A DNA stretch of 64,000 bases from Candidatus Avimonas narfae (GTDB lineage Bacteria > Bacillota > Clostridia > Oscillospirales > Acutalibacteraceae). Shown here in pieces: positions 56,376 through 64,000 of this stretch (position 1 is the first letter of the stretch; every line of letters starts with the position of its first letter). The translations under genes and the position numbers were made by a program. The stretch lies in contig CAJFNR010000063.1 in the NCBI GenBank assembly GCA_904395335.1, positions 31,940-95,939 on the forward strand. Reading direction: 5' to 3'. Under the pieces are notes generated by a model, which saw only the letters and a program-made list of their open reading frames with translations, did not search any database and was not told the DNA's origin.

Positions 56376-57947
56376 ATGTTACAGATACAGCACTTGACCA
56401 TAACCCACCGCCGCGACCTGCGGGTGCTGCTGCAGGACTTTAGCTTCGCCCTGCGCCCGGGGGACCGGGCGGCCTTGATTGGGGAGGAGGGCAACGGCAA
56501 ATCCACGCTGCTCCGCCTGCTGTACCGGGAAGAGCTGGTACAGGAGTATGTGGAATACAGCGGCGTTATTTTGAAAAACGGGGAGATTCCCGGCTATCTT
56601 CCGCAGGAACTCACCGAAGAGGAAAAACGCCTGCCGGTTTCCGCTTTCTGCGCGGCGGTTCCGGCGTTTTACGATGCCTCCCCTCGGGAGCTGGCGGCCT
56701 TGGCAGCGCAACGGGGGCTGGATCCGGCCGTGTGGTACGACGACCGGCCGTTGGGCGGTCTGTCCGGCGGAGAGAAAATCCGGCTGCAGCTGGCCCTGTT
56801 GGATCTGCAGAGGCCCACCCTGCTGCTGTTGGACGAGCCCTCCAACGATCTGGATGCGGATGCGCTGGCAGCGTTGGAGGACTACCTGCTGGACAGCCCG
56901 GTGCCGGTGCTCTACGTGTCCCATGACGAGACCCTGCTGAGCCGCACCGCCAATGTGCTGATCCATCTGGAGCTGGTGCGCCGCAAAACCGAGCCGAGGT
57001 ACACGGTGGCCCGGCAAAGCTATGATGCCTACACGGCGCAGCGCCAGGCCAGCTTGGAGCATCAGGTGCAGATGGCGGAACAGGAGGAACGGGACCATCG
57101 GAAACAGATGGAGAAATACCAGCAAATCTATCAGCGGGTGGACCACGAGCAGCGGGTCATCACCCGGGCCAACCCGGGAGGCGGACGGTTGCTGAAAAAG
57201 AAGATGAAAGCCGTGCTATCCCAGGGACGCCGCCTGGAGCGGGAGTATGAGCAGCGTACCCGTCTACCCGATGTGGAAGAGGCCGTTTTGGCTGGCTTTG
57301 ATCCGTCGGTGACACTGCCTCCGGGCAAAGCGGTGCTGGAACTGGACCTGCCTGTCCTGTCCGCCGGGGACCGTGAGCTGGCTCGGAATATCCGCCTGCG
57401 TGTCATGGGAGGGGAAAAGATAGGGCTGACCGGGGCCAACGGAGCGGGAAAAACCACTCTGCTCCGCCATATTGCCCGGATGCTGTTGCCCCGGCGGGAT
57501 ATCCGGGTCGGCTATATGCCCCAGGATTACACCGAATGGGTGGAGGCGGACTGCACACCGGCAGAATATCTGGCCGCTTGTCTGCAACAGCAGGGCGGCT
57601 CGGGGGAGTCGGCCCATCAATGCCTTACCAGGGCCCGCACCTTTCTGGGCAGCCTCAAATACACCCCGGAGGAGATGGAGCATCCGGCGTCGGAGCTGTC
57701 GGGGGGACAGAAGGCCAAGTTGCTGCTGCTTCGACTGATCCTGGAAAAGGACGACGTGCTGCTGCTGGATGAGCCCACGCGGAATTTTTCGCCTCTGTCC
57801 CAGCCGGTGGTTCGCCGGGTGCTGCAGGACTTCGGCGGTAGTATGATCGCGGTATCCCATGACCGCCGTTTTTTGTCGGAGGTCTGCGACACCGTCTACC
57901 GTCTTATGCCGGAGGGACTGGTGCCTGCGGAAAAAGATTTGCTGTAG
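56376..57947 (+). CDS. ABC-F family ATPase (two ABC domains, no transmembrane domain)
   Basis: It starts at MLQIQHLTITH with 7 nt of spacing from the GAAGGGGG RBS. The two ABC domains carry Walker A motifs GEEGNGKST and GANGAGKTT, and signatures LSGGEKIRLQLA and LSGGQKAKLLL. A Lys/Arg/Gln-rich interdomain linker is present. Confidence 0.85.
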   Translation: MLQIQHLTITHRRDLRVLLQDFSFALRPGDRAALIGEEGNGKSTLLRLLYREELVQEYVEYSGVILKNGEIPGYLPQELTEEEKRLPVSAFCAAVPAFYDASPRELAALAAQRGLDPAVWYDDRPLGGLSGGEKIRLQLALLDLQRPTLLLLDEPSNDLDADALAALEDYLLDSPVPVLYVSHDETLLSRTANVLIHLELVRRKTEPRYTVARQSYDAYTAQRQASLEHQVQMAEQEERDHRKQMEKYQQIYQRVDHEQRVITRANPGGGRLLKKKMKAVLSQGRRLEREYEQRTRLPDVEEAVLAGFDPSVTLPPGKAVLELDLPVLSAGDRELARNIRLRVMGGEKIGLTGANGAGKTTLLRHIARMLLPRRDIRVGYMPQDYTEWVEADCTPAEYLAACLQQQGGSGESAHQCLTRARTFLGSLKYTPEEMEHPASELSGGQKAKLLLLRLILEKDDVLLLDEPTRNFSPLSQPVVRRVLQDFGGSMIAVSHDRRFLSEVCDTVYRLMPEGLVPAEKDLL

Positions 57948-57963
57948 AAAGGAGCGGGACAGT

Positions 57964-58620
57964 ATGACAGAACCTGTGGAAGAGATGGCGGCTTTTTTTG
58001 CGCGGCGGGTGGAGGACTATGACCGGCATATGCTGGAGGAGGTGGAGGGCTGCCGGGAAGGGTATAGCCGGCTGGCCGCTCAACTTCCTCTGGGACTTTC
58101 CCGGCTGCTGGATCTGGGCTGCGGCACCGGGCTGGAGCTGGAGGCCGTGTTCGCCCGGTTCCCTCAGGCGGAGGTGACAGCCTGGGATGTGAGTGCTGAG
58201 ATGCTGGAAAGGGCCTGCTGCAAATTTGCCGGGCGCCGCCTGCGGCTGTTCCAAGGGGATTATCTGCAACAGGATTTTGGAGAGGAAGAGTACGACGCAG
58301 CCATCTCCTTTCAGACCATGCACCACTTTTCGCCGGACCGCAAGCGGGACCTGTATGCCCGGGTGCTTCGCACCCTGAAGCGGGGCGGCGTGTATTTGGA
58401 AGGGGACTACATGGCCGCCAGCCGGGAAGAGGAGAAGAAAGCCTTTGCCCATGCTGCCCGCCTGCGGGCGGAACAGGGGATTGCGCCGGAATGTCTGATG
58501 CATTTAGACATCCCCTGTGCGGAAGAGACACAGCACCGTCTGTTGCGGGAGGCGGGTTTTTCCCATACAGAAAAGCTTTTCCGACAGGGCAATACCACCC
58601 TGCTGCTGGCCCGGAAGTGA
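57964..58620 (+). CDS. Class I SAM-dependent methyltransferase
   Basis: An internal ATG with an AAAGGAGCGGG RBS. SAM motif I is LDLGCGTGLELE. Confidence 0.75.
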   Translation: MTEPVEEMAAFFARRVEDYDRHMLEEVEGCREGYSRLAAQLPLGLSRLLDLGCGTGLELEAVFARFPQAEVTAWDVSAEMLERACCKFAGRRLRLFQGDYLQQDFGEEEYDAAISFQTMHHFSPDRKRDLYARVLRTLKRGGVYLEGDYMAASREEEKKAFAHAARLRAEQGIAPECLMHLDIPCAEETQHRLLREAGFSHTEKLFRQGNTTLLLARK

Positions 58621-58636
58621 CTTTTTTATAGAAAAA

Positions 58637-58660
58637 GGGCCGATCCATACGGATCGGCCC
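58637..58660. terminator. Hairpin terminator between convergent genes (T-run on the minus-strand side)
   Basis: GGGCCGATCC-atac-GGATCGGCCC. Confidence 0.6.
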
Positions 58661-58694
58661 TAGATTGATTTTGGGCAAAACAGCGCGGCGGAAG

Positions 58695-59384
58695 TCAACG
58701 GTTGAGACGGGCTTCCGCATTGCGCAGCAGGTTGAACAGAGAGGAGGCAAACAGAGGATATTCCTTGGAGATGTTGTCCGGCACGATGATGGGGGCGTCG
58801 GCGGCATCCAGACCTTTTTCGCCGTCTACTGTCTGGCCAGCGGCCACCTGCTGGATACGGGCGGCGGTGACGCCCAGCTCGCCGGACAGTGCCGGTGCAA
58901 ACAAATATCCCGGCACAGAAAACATGGCGGCGGGATTTTTGGGGTTGGCGGAGTACAGCAGACGAAAAACGGTATACACGGACAGCGTCAGGTAAGCGGA
59001 AACCTCGCCCGTGAGCATTTTGTTATTGCAGCGCTGCAAAAGATCAAATATAATATTGAGGGAGTTCATAACCAGCTTTTTGTTGAGCACCGGCAGCACG
59101 CTGCCGCGGAAGCGGTTTTCCCGAGCGGAGGGGTCGTTGTCCGGGATTTCATCCACCGCGATGACGGCTCCCGATTTATCGGCAGTGCGCCCCAGAAGGT
59201 AATCGCAGGATACGCCGTAATAATCGGCCGCCCGTACCACGAAATCCAGACCGCATTCCCGGATGCCCTTTTCGTAATGAGACAGCAGCGCCTGAGAGAC
59301 CTGCAGATCCGCGGCTACCTGTTTCTGACTGACGCCGCGTTCTTTCCGCAAAAGGGTGAGAATCCGTGGAAAAGCGGTGTTCAT
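58695..59384 (-). CDS. XRE-family HTH transcriptional regulator with a C-terminal domain of unknown function
   Basis: It starts at MNTAFPRILTLLRKERGVSQKQVAADLQVSQALLSHYEKG (an XRE-type HTH) with a GAGGGG RBS. Confidence 0.8.
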   Translation of the reverse strand: MNTAFPRILTLLRKERGVSQKQVAADLQVSQALLSHYEKGIRECGLDFVVRAADYYGVSCDYLLGRTADKSGAVIAVDEIPDNDPSARENRFRGSVLPVLNKKLVMNSLNIIFDLLQRCNNKMLTGEVSAYLTLSVYTVFRLLYSANPKNPAAMFSVPGYLFAPALSGELGVTAARIQQVAAGQTVDGEKGLDAADAPIIVPDNISKEYPLFASSLFNLLRNAEARLNR

Positions 59385-59524
59385 AGCGTAATACCCCTCA
59401 AATAAAAATGACAGCACAATCCCGGGAACCTCCCGGTCCCCGGGCTATACTGGGCGTTAATTATTATACCGGTTTTGCTACCATTTGTAAATCGTCAAAA
59501 TGCGCGTTTTGGGAGGAAATTTTG

Positions 59525-60130
59525 ATGCAAACCTACAAAATCTGTCTGATCCGTCACGGAACGACCCGGGCCAACGAGGAGGGATTGTACATTGGTCGCA
59601 CCGACCTGCCGCTTTCTCCGCGGGGGTTTGCCAGGCTGATGGAACAGAAGGAAAAAAACGTCTATCCTCCTGCCCGGCGCTTTTTTGCCCCGCCTCTGGC
59701 CCGGTGCCGCCAAACGCTGTCGGTCCTGTATCCGGGTTGCCGGATCGAGGATGCCCCCGGACTGACGGAATGTGATTTCGGCGAATGGGAGGGAAAATCC
59801 GCCGCCGCGCTGCAGAACGATTCCCGGTTTGTGCGATGGCTGGCGGGGGAGAGCCGGGAAATTCCTGGCGGCGAGGAGGCTTCCCAATTTCAAAGGCGGG
59901 TACTGGAGGGCTTCGGCCGGATAGTGGAGACGCTGATGCGCGGGGGGGATACCGAGGCAGTTCTGTGTGCCCCCGGCGGGGTGATCTCCCTGCTGATGGC
60001 GGCATTGGCTCTGCCGCGGCTAGATATGAAGGCCTGGTCCGCTGACAGCGGCGCAGGTTTTCTGGTGCGCGTGACCCCTACCCTGTGGATGAGAGAGCCG
60101 GTGATGGAGTTTATGTGTCAGGTACCCTGA
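59525..60130 (+). CDS. Histidine phosphatase family protein (phosphoglycerate-mutase-like)
   Basis: An internal ATG with a GGGAGGAAA RBS. The catalytic RHG motif lies within MQTYKICLIRHGTTRANEEG. Confidence 0.8.
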   Translation: MQTYKICLIRHGTTRANEEGLYIGRTDLPLSPRGFARLMEQKEKNVYPPARRFFAPPLARCRQTLSVLYPGCRIEDAPGLTECDFGEWEGKSAAALQNDSRFVRWLAGESREIPGGEEASQFQRRVLEGFGRIVETLMRGGDTEAVLCAPGGVISLLMAALALPRLDMKAWSADSGAGFLVRVTPTLWMREPVMEFMCQVP

Positions 60131-60175
60131 GGTCTGAAGGTGAAAATCAGCCGTACAGCGTAAGGAGGAAGGAAC

Positions 60176-61402
60176 GTGAAGGTTGCGGGAATCGTTGCGG
60201 AATACAATCCCTTTCACAACGGCCATGCCCATCAAGTGGAGCGCACCCGCGCCCCGGAAGGTGGCGAAGCCTCCCATGTCGTCGCGGTGATGAGCGGCTC
60301 CTTTGTCCAGCGAGGGGAACCGGCGCTGCTGCCCAAAGTGGATCGGGTGCGGGCAGCCCTGGCGGGCGGCGTGGATTTGGTGCTGGAGCTGCCCCTCCCT
60401 TGGGCGTTGTCCTCCGCGGAGGGCTTCGCCTACGGGGCAGTGTCGGTGCTGGCGGGGCTGGGATGTGTGGACCTGCTCAGCTTCGGCAGCGAGTGCGGCG
60501 AGGTGGCGCCGCTGGAAAAGGCGGTATCCGTCATGGAGGGCCCTCGTTTCTCATCCCTTCTGCGTTATCACCTGGATTACGGCATTTCCTTTCCTGAGGC
60601 AAGGAGGAAAGCGGTGGAGGAGTTGGCGGGGAGCCGGACAGCCTCCTTGCTAGACAGCCCCAACAACATCCTGGGGATCGAATATCTCAAGGCATTACGC
60701 CGCCTGTCCTCGCCTATTCAGCCCTTTACGCTCAGGCGGCTGGGACCGGAGCATGACGCCGAACGGCCTTTGGGAGACATGGCCTCTGCCAGCTATCTGC
60801 GCTCCCTGTACCGGGCCGGGCGGGTGCTGGATGCAGCGGCATATCTGCCTCGGGCGGTGTGCCCGGTGATGGAGGAGGCGCTGGAGGCGGGCCGTTGTCC
60901 CGCCGATGAGGGGTTGCTGGAACGAGCGGTCCTTTCCCGGCTGCGTCTGTTGTCCCGGGAGGAGTTGTCCCGCTTCCCCGGCGTGTCGGAGGGCATCGAA
61001 AACCGGCTGGCCGACGCTGCGCGTCAGGCGGGAAGCCTTCAGGAGCTGTATGGGTTGGTGAAGACCAAACGATATCCCCTGACACGGGTCCGGCGGCTGG
61101 TGTGGTCCGCCTTTTTGGGCATTCCATCGGGATGGGAAAAACAGCAGCCCCCCTATATCCGGGTCCTGGGGGCCAATACCCGGGGATGGGAAATTCTGTC
61201 CGCCGCCCGCAGGGCGAGGGAAGGTGCGGGAGAGGGGATTTATCCCCCGCTGGTGTCCCGGGCGTCCCATTTTGCCTCTTTGCCGGAGGAAGCACAGGAG
61301 CTGTTTGCATTGGAGTGCCGGGCGGCGGATCTGTACGCCTTGGCACTTCCCCGCCCGCTGCCCTGTGGGATGGAGTACACCGGGGGAATGGTGAAGGCGT
61401 AA
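60176..61402 (+). CDS. tmcAL: tRNA(Met) cytidine acetate ligase (TmcAL / YlbM, UPF0348 family)
   Basis: MKVAGIVAEYNPFHNGHAHQVERTR is the characteristic N-terminal nucleotidyltransferase motif (EYNPFHNGH) of the YlbM/TmcAL family. Confidence 0.85.
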   Translation: MKVAGIVAEYNPFHNGHAHQVERTRAPEGGEASHVVAVMSGSFVQRGEPALLPKVDRVRAALAGGVDLVLELPLPWALSSAEGFAYGAVSVLAGLGCVDLLSFGSECGEVAPLEKAVSVMEGPRFSSLLRYHLDYGISFPEARRKAVEELAGSRTASLLDSPNNILGIEYLKALRRLSSPIQPFTLRRLGPEHDAERPLGDMASASYLRSLYRAGRVLDAAAYLPRAVCPVMEEALEAGRCPADEGLLERAVLSRLRLLSREELSRFPGVSEGIENRLADAARQAGSLQELYGLVKTKRYPLTRVRRLVWSAFLGIPSGWEKQQPPYIRVLGANTRGWEILSAARRAREGAGEGIYPPLVSRASHFASLPEEAQELFALECRAADLYALALPRPLPCGMEYTGGMVKA

Positions 61403-61614
61403 CAAAACGCACACCTGTTTCCTGCAGTTAGGGGATCTTGTTCTGCGGCAAGTGGTACGGGAGGATTCTGGACTACAATGAGCCCCCTGGTGAACCCAAG
61501 GCCTATGAAGCCATCCGTATCCGTCACCATGCGACAGCTGCCTCCCAGTTAGGAAAATGGGGCACAGGAAAATAGCGGGAGAAGCAGTTTTCAAAGGGAA
61601 GCATCCATTAAAAA

Positions 61615-61656
61615 ATCCGTGAAGAGCGATAAAAGAGCCGCTCTTCACGGATTTTG
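61615..61656. terminator. Bidirectional intrinsic terminator between tmcAL and upp
   Basis: ATCCGTGAAGAGCG-ataaaagagc-CGCTCTTCACGGAT, flanked by A-runs and T-runs. Confidence 0.75.
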
Positions 61657-61672
61657 CTGTATTTGAAGCAGA

Positions 61673-62305
61673 TTATTTCGTGCCGAAAATACGGTCGCCG
61701 GCGTCGCCGAGGCCGGGAACAATATACCCATGCTCGTTAAGCCGCTCATCCAAAGAAGCGCAGTAAATCTGTACGTCCGGATGCGCCTGCTGCAGGGCGT
61801 TCAGGCCCTCCGGCGCGGCGATGATACACATGAATTTGATGCTTTTAGGATGGAATTCCCTGATCTGGTTGATGGCGTCGATGGCGGAGCCGCCGGTGGC
61901 CAGCATAGGATCCAGAACGATGACGTCCCGTTCGTGAATATCGCCGGGCATCTTGCAGTAGTATTCCACCGGTTTGAGAGTCTCCGGATCACGGAACAGG
62001 CCGATATGGCCCACCTTGGCGGCAGGAACCAATTCAATGGCACCGTCCACCATGCCAATGCCCGCGCGCAGAATGGGGACAAAGGCCAGTTTCCGGCCGG
62101 CGATCACGCGGGAATGGGTAATGGCAATGGGGGTTTCCACCTCCACCTCACAGGTGGGGAGATCACGGGTGGCCTCGTAGCACAGCAGCTCCGTAATCTC
62201 CTGGATCAGCTCCCGGAATTCCTTTGACCCGGTATTTTTGTCCCGCAGCAGCGTGACCTTGTGCTGGATCAGCGGATGATCGGCAATAAACGGTTTCTCG
62301 CTCAT
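61673..62305 (-). CDS. upp: uracil phosphoribosyltransferase
   Basis: It starts at MSEKPF with a GGGAGGT RBS. The PRPP-binding motif ([14 protein letters not shown]) and the C-terminal [18 protein letters not shown] are typical of Upp. Confidence 0.9.
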   Translation of the reverse strand: MSEKPFIADHPLIQHKVTLLRDKNTGSKEFRELIQEITELLCYEATRDLPTCEVEVETPIAITHSRVIAGRKLAFVPILRAGIGMVDGAIELVPAAKVGHIGLFRDPETLKPVEYYCKMPGDIHERDVIVLDPMLATGGSAIDAINQIREFHPKSIKFMCIIAAPEGLNALQQAHPDVQIYCASLDERLNEHGYIVPGLGDAGDRIFGTK

Positions 62306-62337
62306 AAAGTAACCTCCCACCAGCGCCAGACGGCGCT

Positions 62338-63054
62338 TTATTTATGATGCTTTTGTGCAGCCAGACGCTCCCGTTCGGCCTGCGGCAAACGGAGATAAAC
62401 GGGGCGCAGTTCGGCGGGAGGGATGGTTTTTCCCTCTTCCGCCAGACGGAATGCCTCAGCGGCGACACCCGCCGCGTTCTGAAAACGCAGATGTTCGGGG
62501 GCCAGCCGCAGGTCCAGTTCTCGCTCCTGTAAAGCAGTATAGCACAAATTGGCGCCATCTCCAACCAAAAAAACAGGTTTTTTTATACAAGAAAGGGCGG
62601 CCGCCAAATCTTCTATCGTCATGGCCTGATCCGGGCTTTCACGCTGCAGCGAACCGTCCGCATTCAAGGTGAAGCGGGCTGTATATACCTGTTGGCAGCG
62701 GGCATCCATCACGGCGCAGACCACAGCGGGGCCGGGGATTCCCTGAAAATTCTGGGCAATAGCCGCCAGAGTGGAAACGCCGACGCAGGGAAGGTCCTTT
62801 GGGAAGGCCAGACCCTTGACGGCGGCGACGCCGATCCGGATGCCGGTGAAGGAGCCGGGGCCGGCGGATACTGCCAGCAGATCGATATCCGCCATGGTCA
62901 GCGCGGCGTTTTTCAGCAGCGCTTCCGTCATCGGCAGCAGCGTCTGGCTGTGGGTAAGGGGGACGTTGACCGAACTCACCGCCAACAGGCGGCCATCTTC
63001 CGCCACAGCACAGGATGCCGGACCGGCCGAGGTTTCCAAAGCCAACAACTTCAC
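62338..63054 (-). CDS. tsaB: tRNA threonylcarbamoyladenosine biosynthesis protein TsaB (YeaZ)
   Basis: [17 protein letters not shown] is the YeaZ N-terminus. A GTG start with a GAGAGAAAGGCGG RBS is chosen in place of the TTG start of the longer track ORF. Confidence 0.75.
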   Translation of the reverse strand: MKLLALETSAGPASCAVAEDGRLLAVSSVNVPLTHSQTLLPMTEALLKNAALTMADIDLLAVSAGPGSFTGIRIGVAAVKGLAFPKDLPCVGVSTLAAIAQNFQGIPGPAVVCAVMDARCQQVYTARFTLNADGSLQRESPDQAMTIEDLAAALSCIKKPVFLVGDGANLCYTALQERELDLRLAPEHLRFQNAAGVAAEAFRLAEEGKTIPPAELRPVYLRLPQAERERLAAQKHHK

Positions 63055-63084
63055 GGGATCATACCGCCTTTCTCTCAGCAAAAA

Positions 63085-63522
63085 CTAAAAGGGAAGATAA
63101 AACGTGAGGCGGCGCTCCTCGTCGCCCAGTCGTTCGAAATATACCCGAACAGAGTCGGCCGGCAGGGCAGTCTCTATCCGTTCGCTCCATTCCACAGCTA
63201 TCACGGCGCCACTGTCCAGATAATCAAAGAAACCGGTGGTCATCAGATCGTCCCACCCCGACACCCGATACATGTCAAAGTGGACAAAAGGGGGGTGTCC
63301 GCCGTATTCGTTAACCAGGGAAAAGGTAGGGCTGGAGACCTCCGCTTTCAGCCCAAAACCGGCAGCCATTCCCCGGACAAAGGCCGTTTTGCCCATGCCC
63401 ATGCCGCCGAATAGGGCCACAACCGCCCCGCCGCCCCGCTGCGCCAGCTGTTGAGCCAGTTGCGCACCGGCCTGTTCCGTTTCCCGAACGCAGCGGGAGT
63501 CAAGGATATGTTCTGCCGGCAT
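63085..63522 (-). CDS. tsaE: tRNA threonylcarbamoyladenosine biosynthesis ATPase TsaE (YjeE)
   Basis: A P-loop (GGMGMGKTAF) and the conserved C-terminal motif (GWD..PSPT). It lies directly upstream of tsaB. Confidence 0.85.
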   Translation of the reverse strand: MPAEHILDSRCVRETEQAGAQLAQQLAQRGGGAVVALFGGMGMGKTAFVRGMAAGFGLKAEVSSPTFSLVNEYGGHPPFVHFDMYRVSGWDDLMTTGFFDYLDSGAVIAVEWSERIETALPADSVRVYFERLGDEERRLTFYLPF

Positions 63523-63883
63523 AAAAATCCTCCTTTGAGAAATCTGGAGAAATAGTCGAATGCTTTTTCTCGATACGGAAATAACCGGTGCCTTTCACAA
63601 GATTCCTGCCCTGCGGACAAGTGGCGCGCAAGGTACCTGATGAAGTGTTTAAAAGGTTGTCAAATCTCAGTGAGCAGAGGATCGTAGCTTTTCCACCTCA
63701 TCCACCACCTTCGGTGGTCCCCCTTTCCCGTAAGGGAAAGCGCACCTACAGGGGAAGACTTTTTCAAATTCTGCGACGTCATGTGCTTTATTATATCATA
63801 GACGCTGCCCCATGCGGTTCTCATCCTACATCTATCGGCAGCGTTCCCGAGAAATGCTGACGCATTTCTCCCAACCTATTATA

Positions 63884-63990
63884 CTATAAGCGTAAAGGGA
63901 ACCGGCCCGGAGGGACGGCTCCAGGCCCAGGGACTCCTCACATCGTTTGTCCTCAAATATAAAGGCCCTGGGCACATTATACCACAAATG
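63884..63990 (-). repeat. Intergenic repeat element, copy C (minus orientation)
   Basis: Its reverse complement is about 90% identical to copy A. On the minus strand the 5' terminus is TTGTGGTATAATGTGCCCAGGGCC, a perfect extended -10 box. It has a 7-bp CCCAGGG/CCCTGGG stem and a 3' terminus CGGGCCGGTTCCCTTTACGCTTATAGTATAAT. Confidence 0.6.
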
Positions 63991-64000
63991 TGGAGGGAGA

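Noticed and set aside
1-64000. Prophage, transposon or integrative element.
   Set aside because: No integrase, transposase, recombinase, terminase or tRNA attachment site was recognised in any frame. The AT-rich islands carry single cargo-type genes only.

Overview
This is a high-GC (about 62-64%) chromosomal segment typical of a Clostridia-type Firmicute, possibly Oscillospiraceae/Ruminococcaceae-like. It is densely packed with housekeeping genes on both strands. From 5' to 3' these include the 3' end of addA, valS, ftsK, malQ, a YgiQ radical-SAM gene, a membrane ComEC-like MBL gene paired with DUF3006, ruvCAB, ecfA1-ecfA2-ecfT-truA, two tandem cvpA paralogs, a ClpE-like AAA+ gene, prfA, tsaC/sua5, coaE, ackA, ldh, a P-type Ca-ATPase, a flotillin/NfeD module, an amino-acid ABC transporter, an ABC-F ATPase, tmcAL, upp and tsaB-tsaE.

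I found no rRNA, tRNA, CRISPR array, integrase or transposase. Features that are not ordinary housekeeping are:
- an AraC-regulated ThuA-like / Gfo-Idh-MocA / xylose-isomerase-like operon, suggestive of a 3-keto-glycoside pathway;
- three AT-rich islands encoding a secreted Thr/Ser-rich protein, a GNAT protein, and a BspA-type LRR surface protein with an SPATG sorting signal;
- a three-copy family of about 110-nt intergenic repeats whose termini are near-consensus extended -10 boxes (TGnTATAAT), one copy sitting inside the ecfA1-ecfA2 junction;
- a 680-nt ORF-free region upstream of ruvC with a consensus extended -10 box and tetraloop hairpins, which shares a sequence block with the region upstream of tsaE;
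- an ABC-F gene preceded by a 3-codon uORF (M-R-L-stop) and an intrinsic terminator abutting its RBS, which looks like an attenuator;
- a phosphohexomutase paralog with degenerate substrate loops.

Every assignment rests on motif recognition and gene context read directly from the sequence. No database searches were run.
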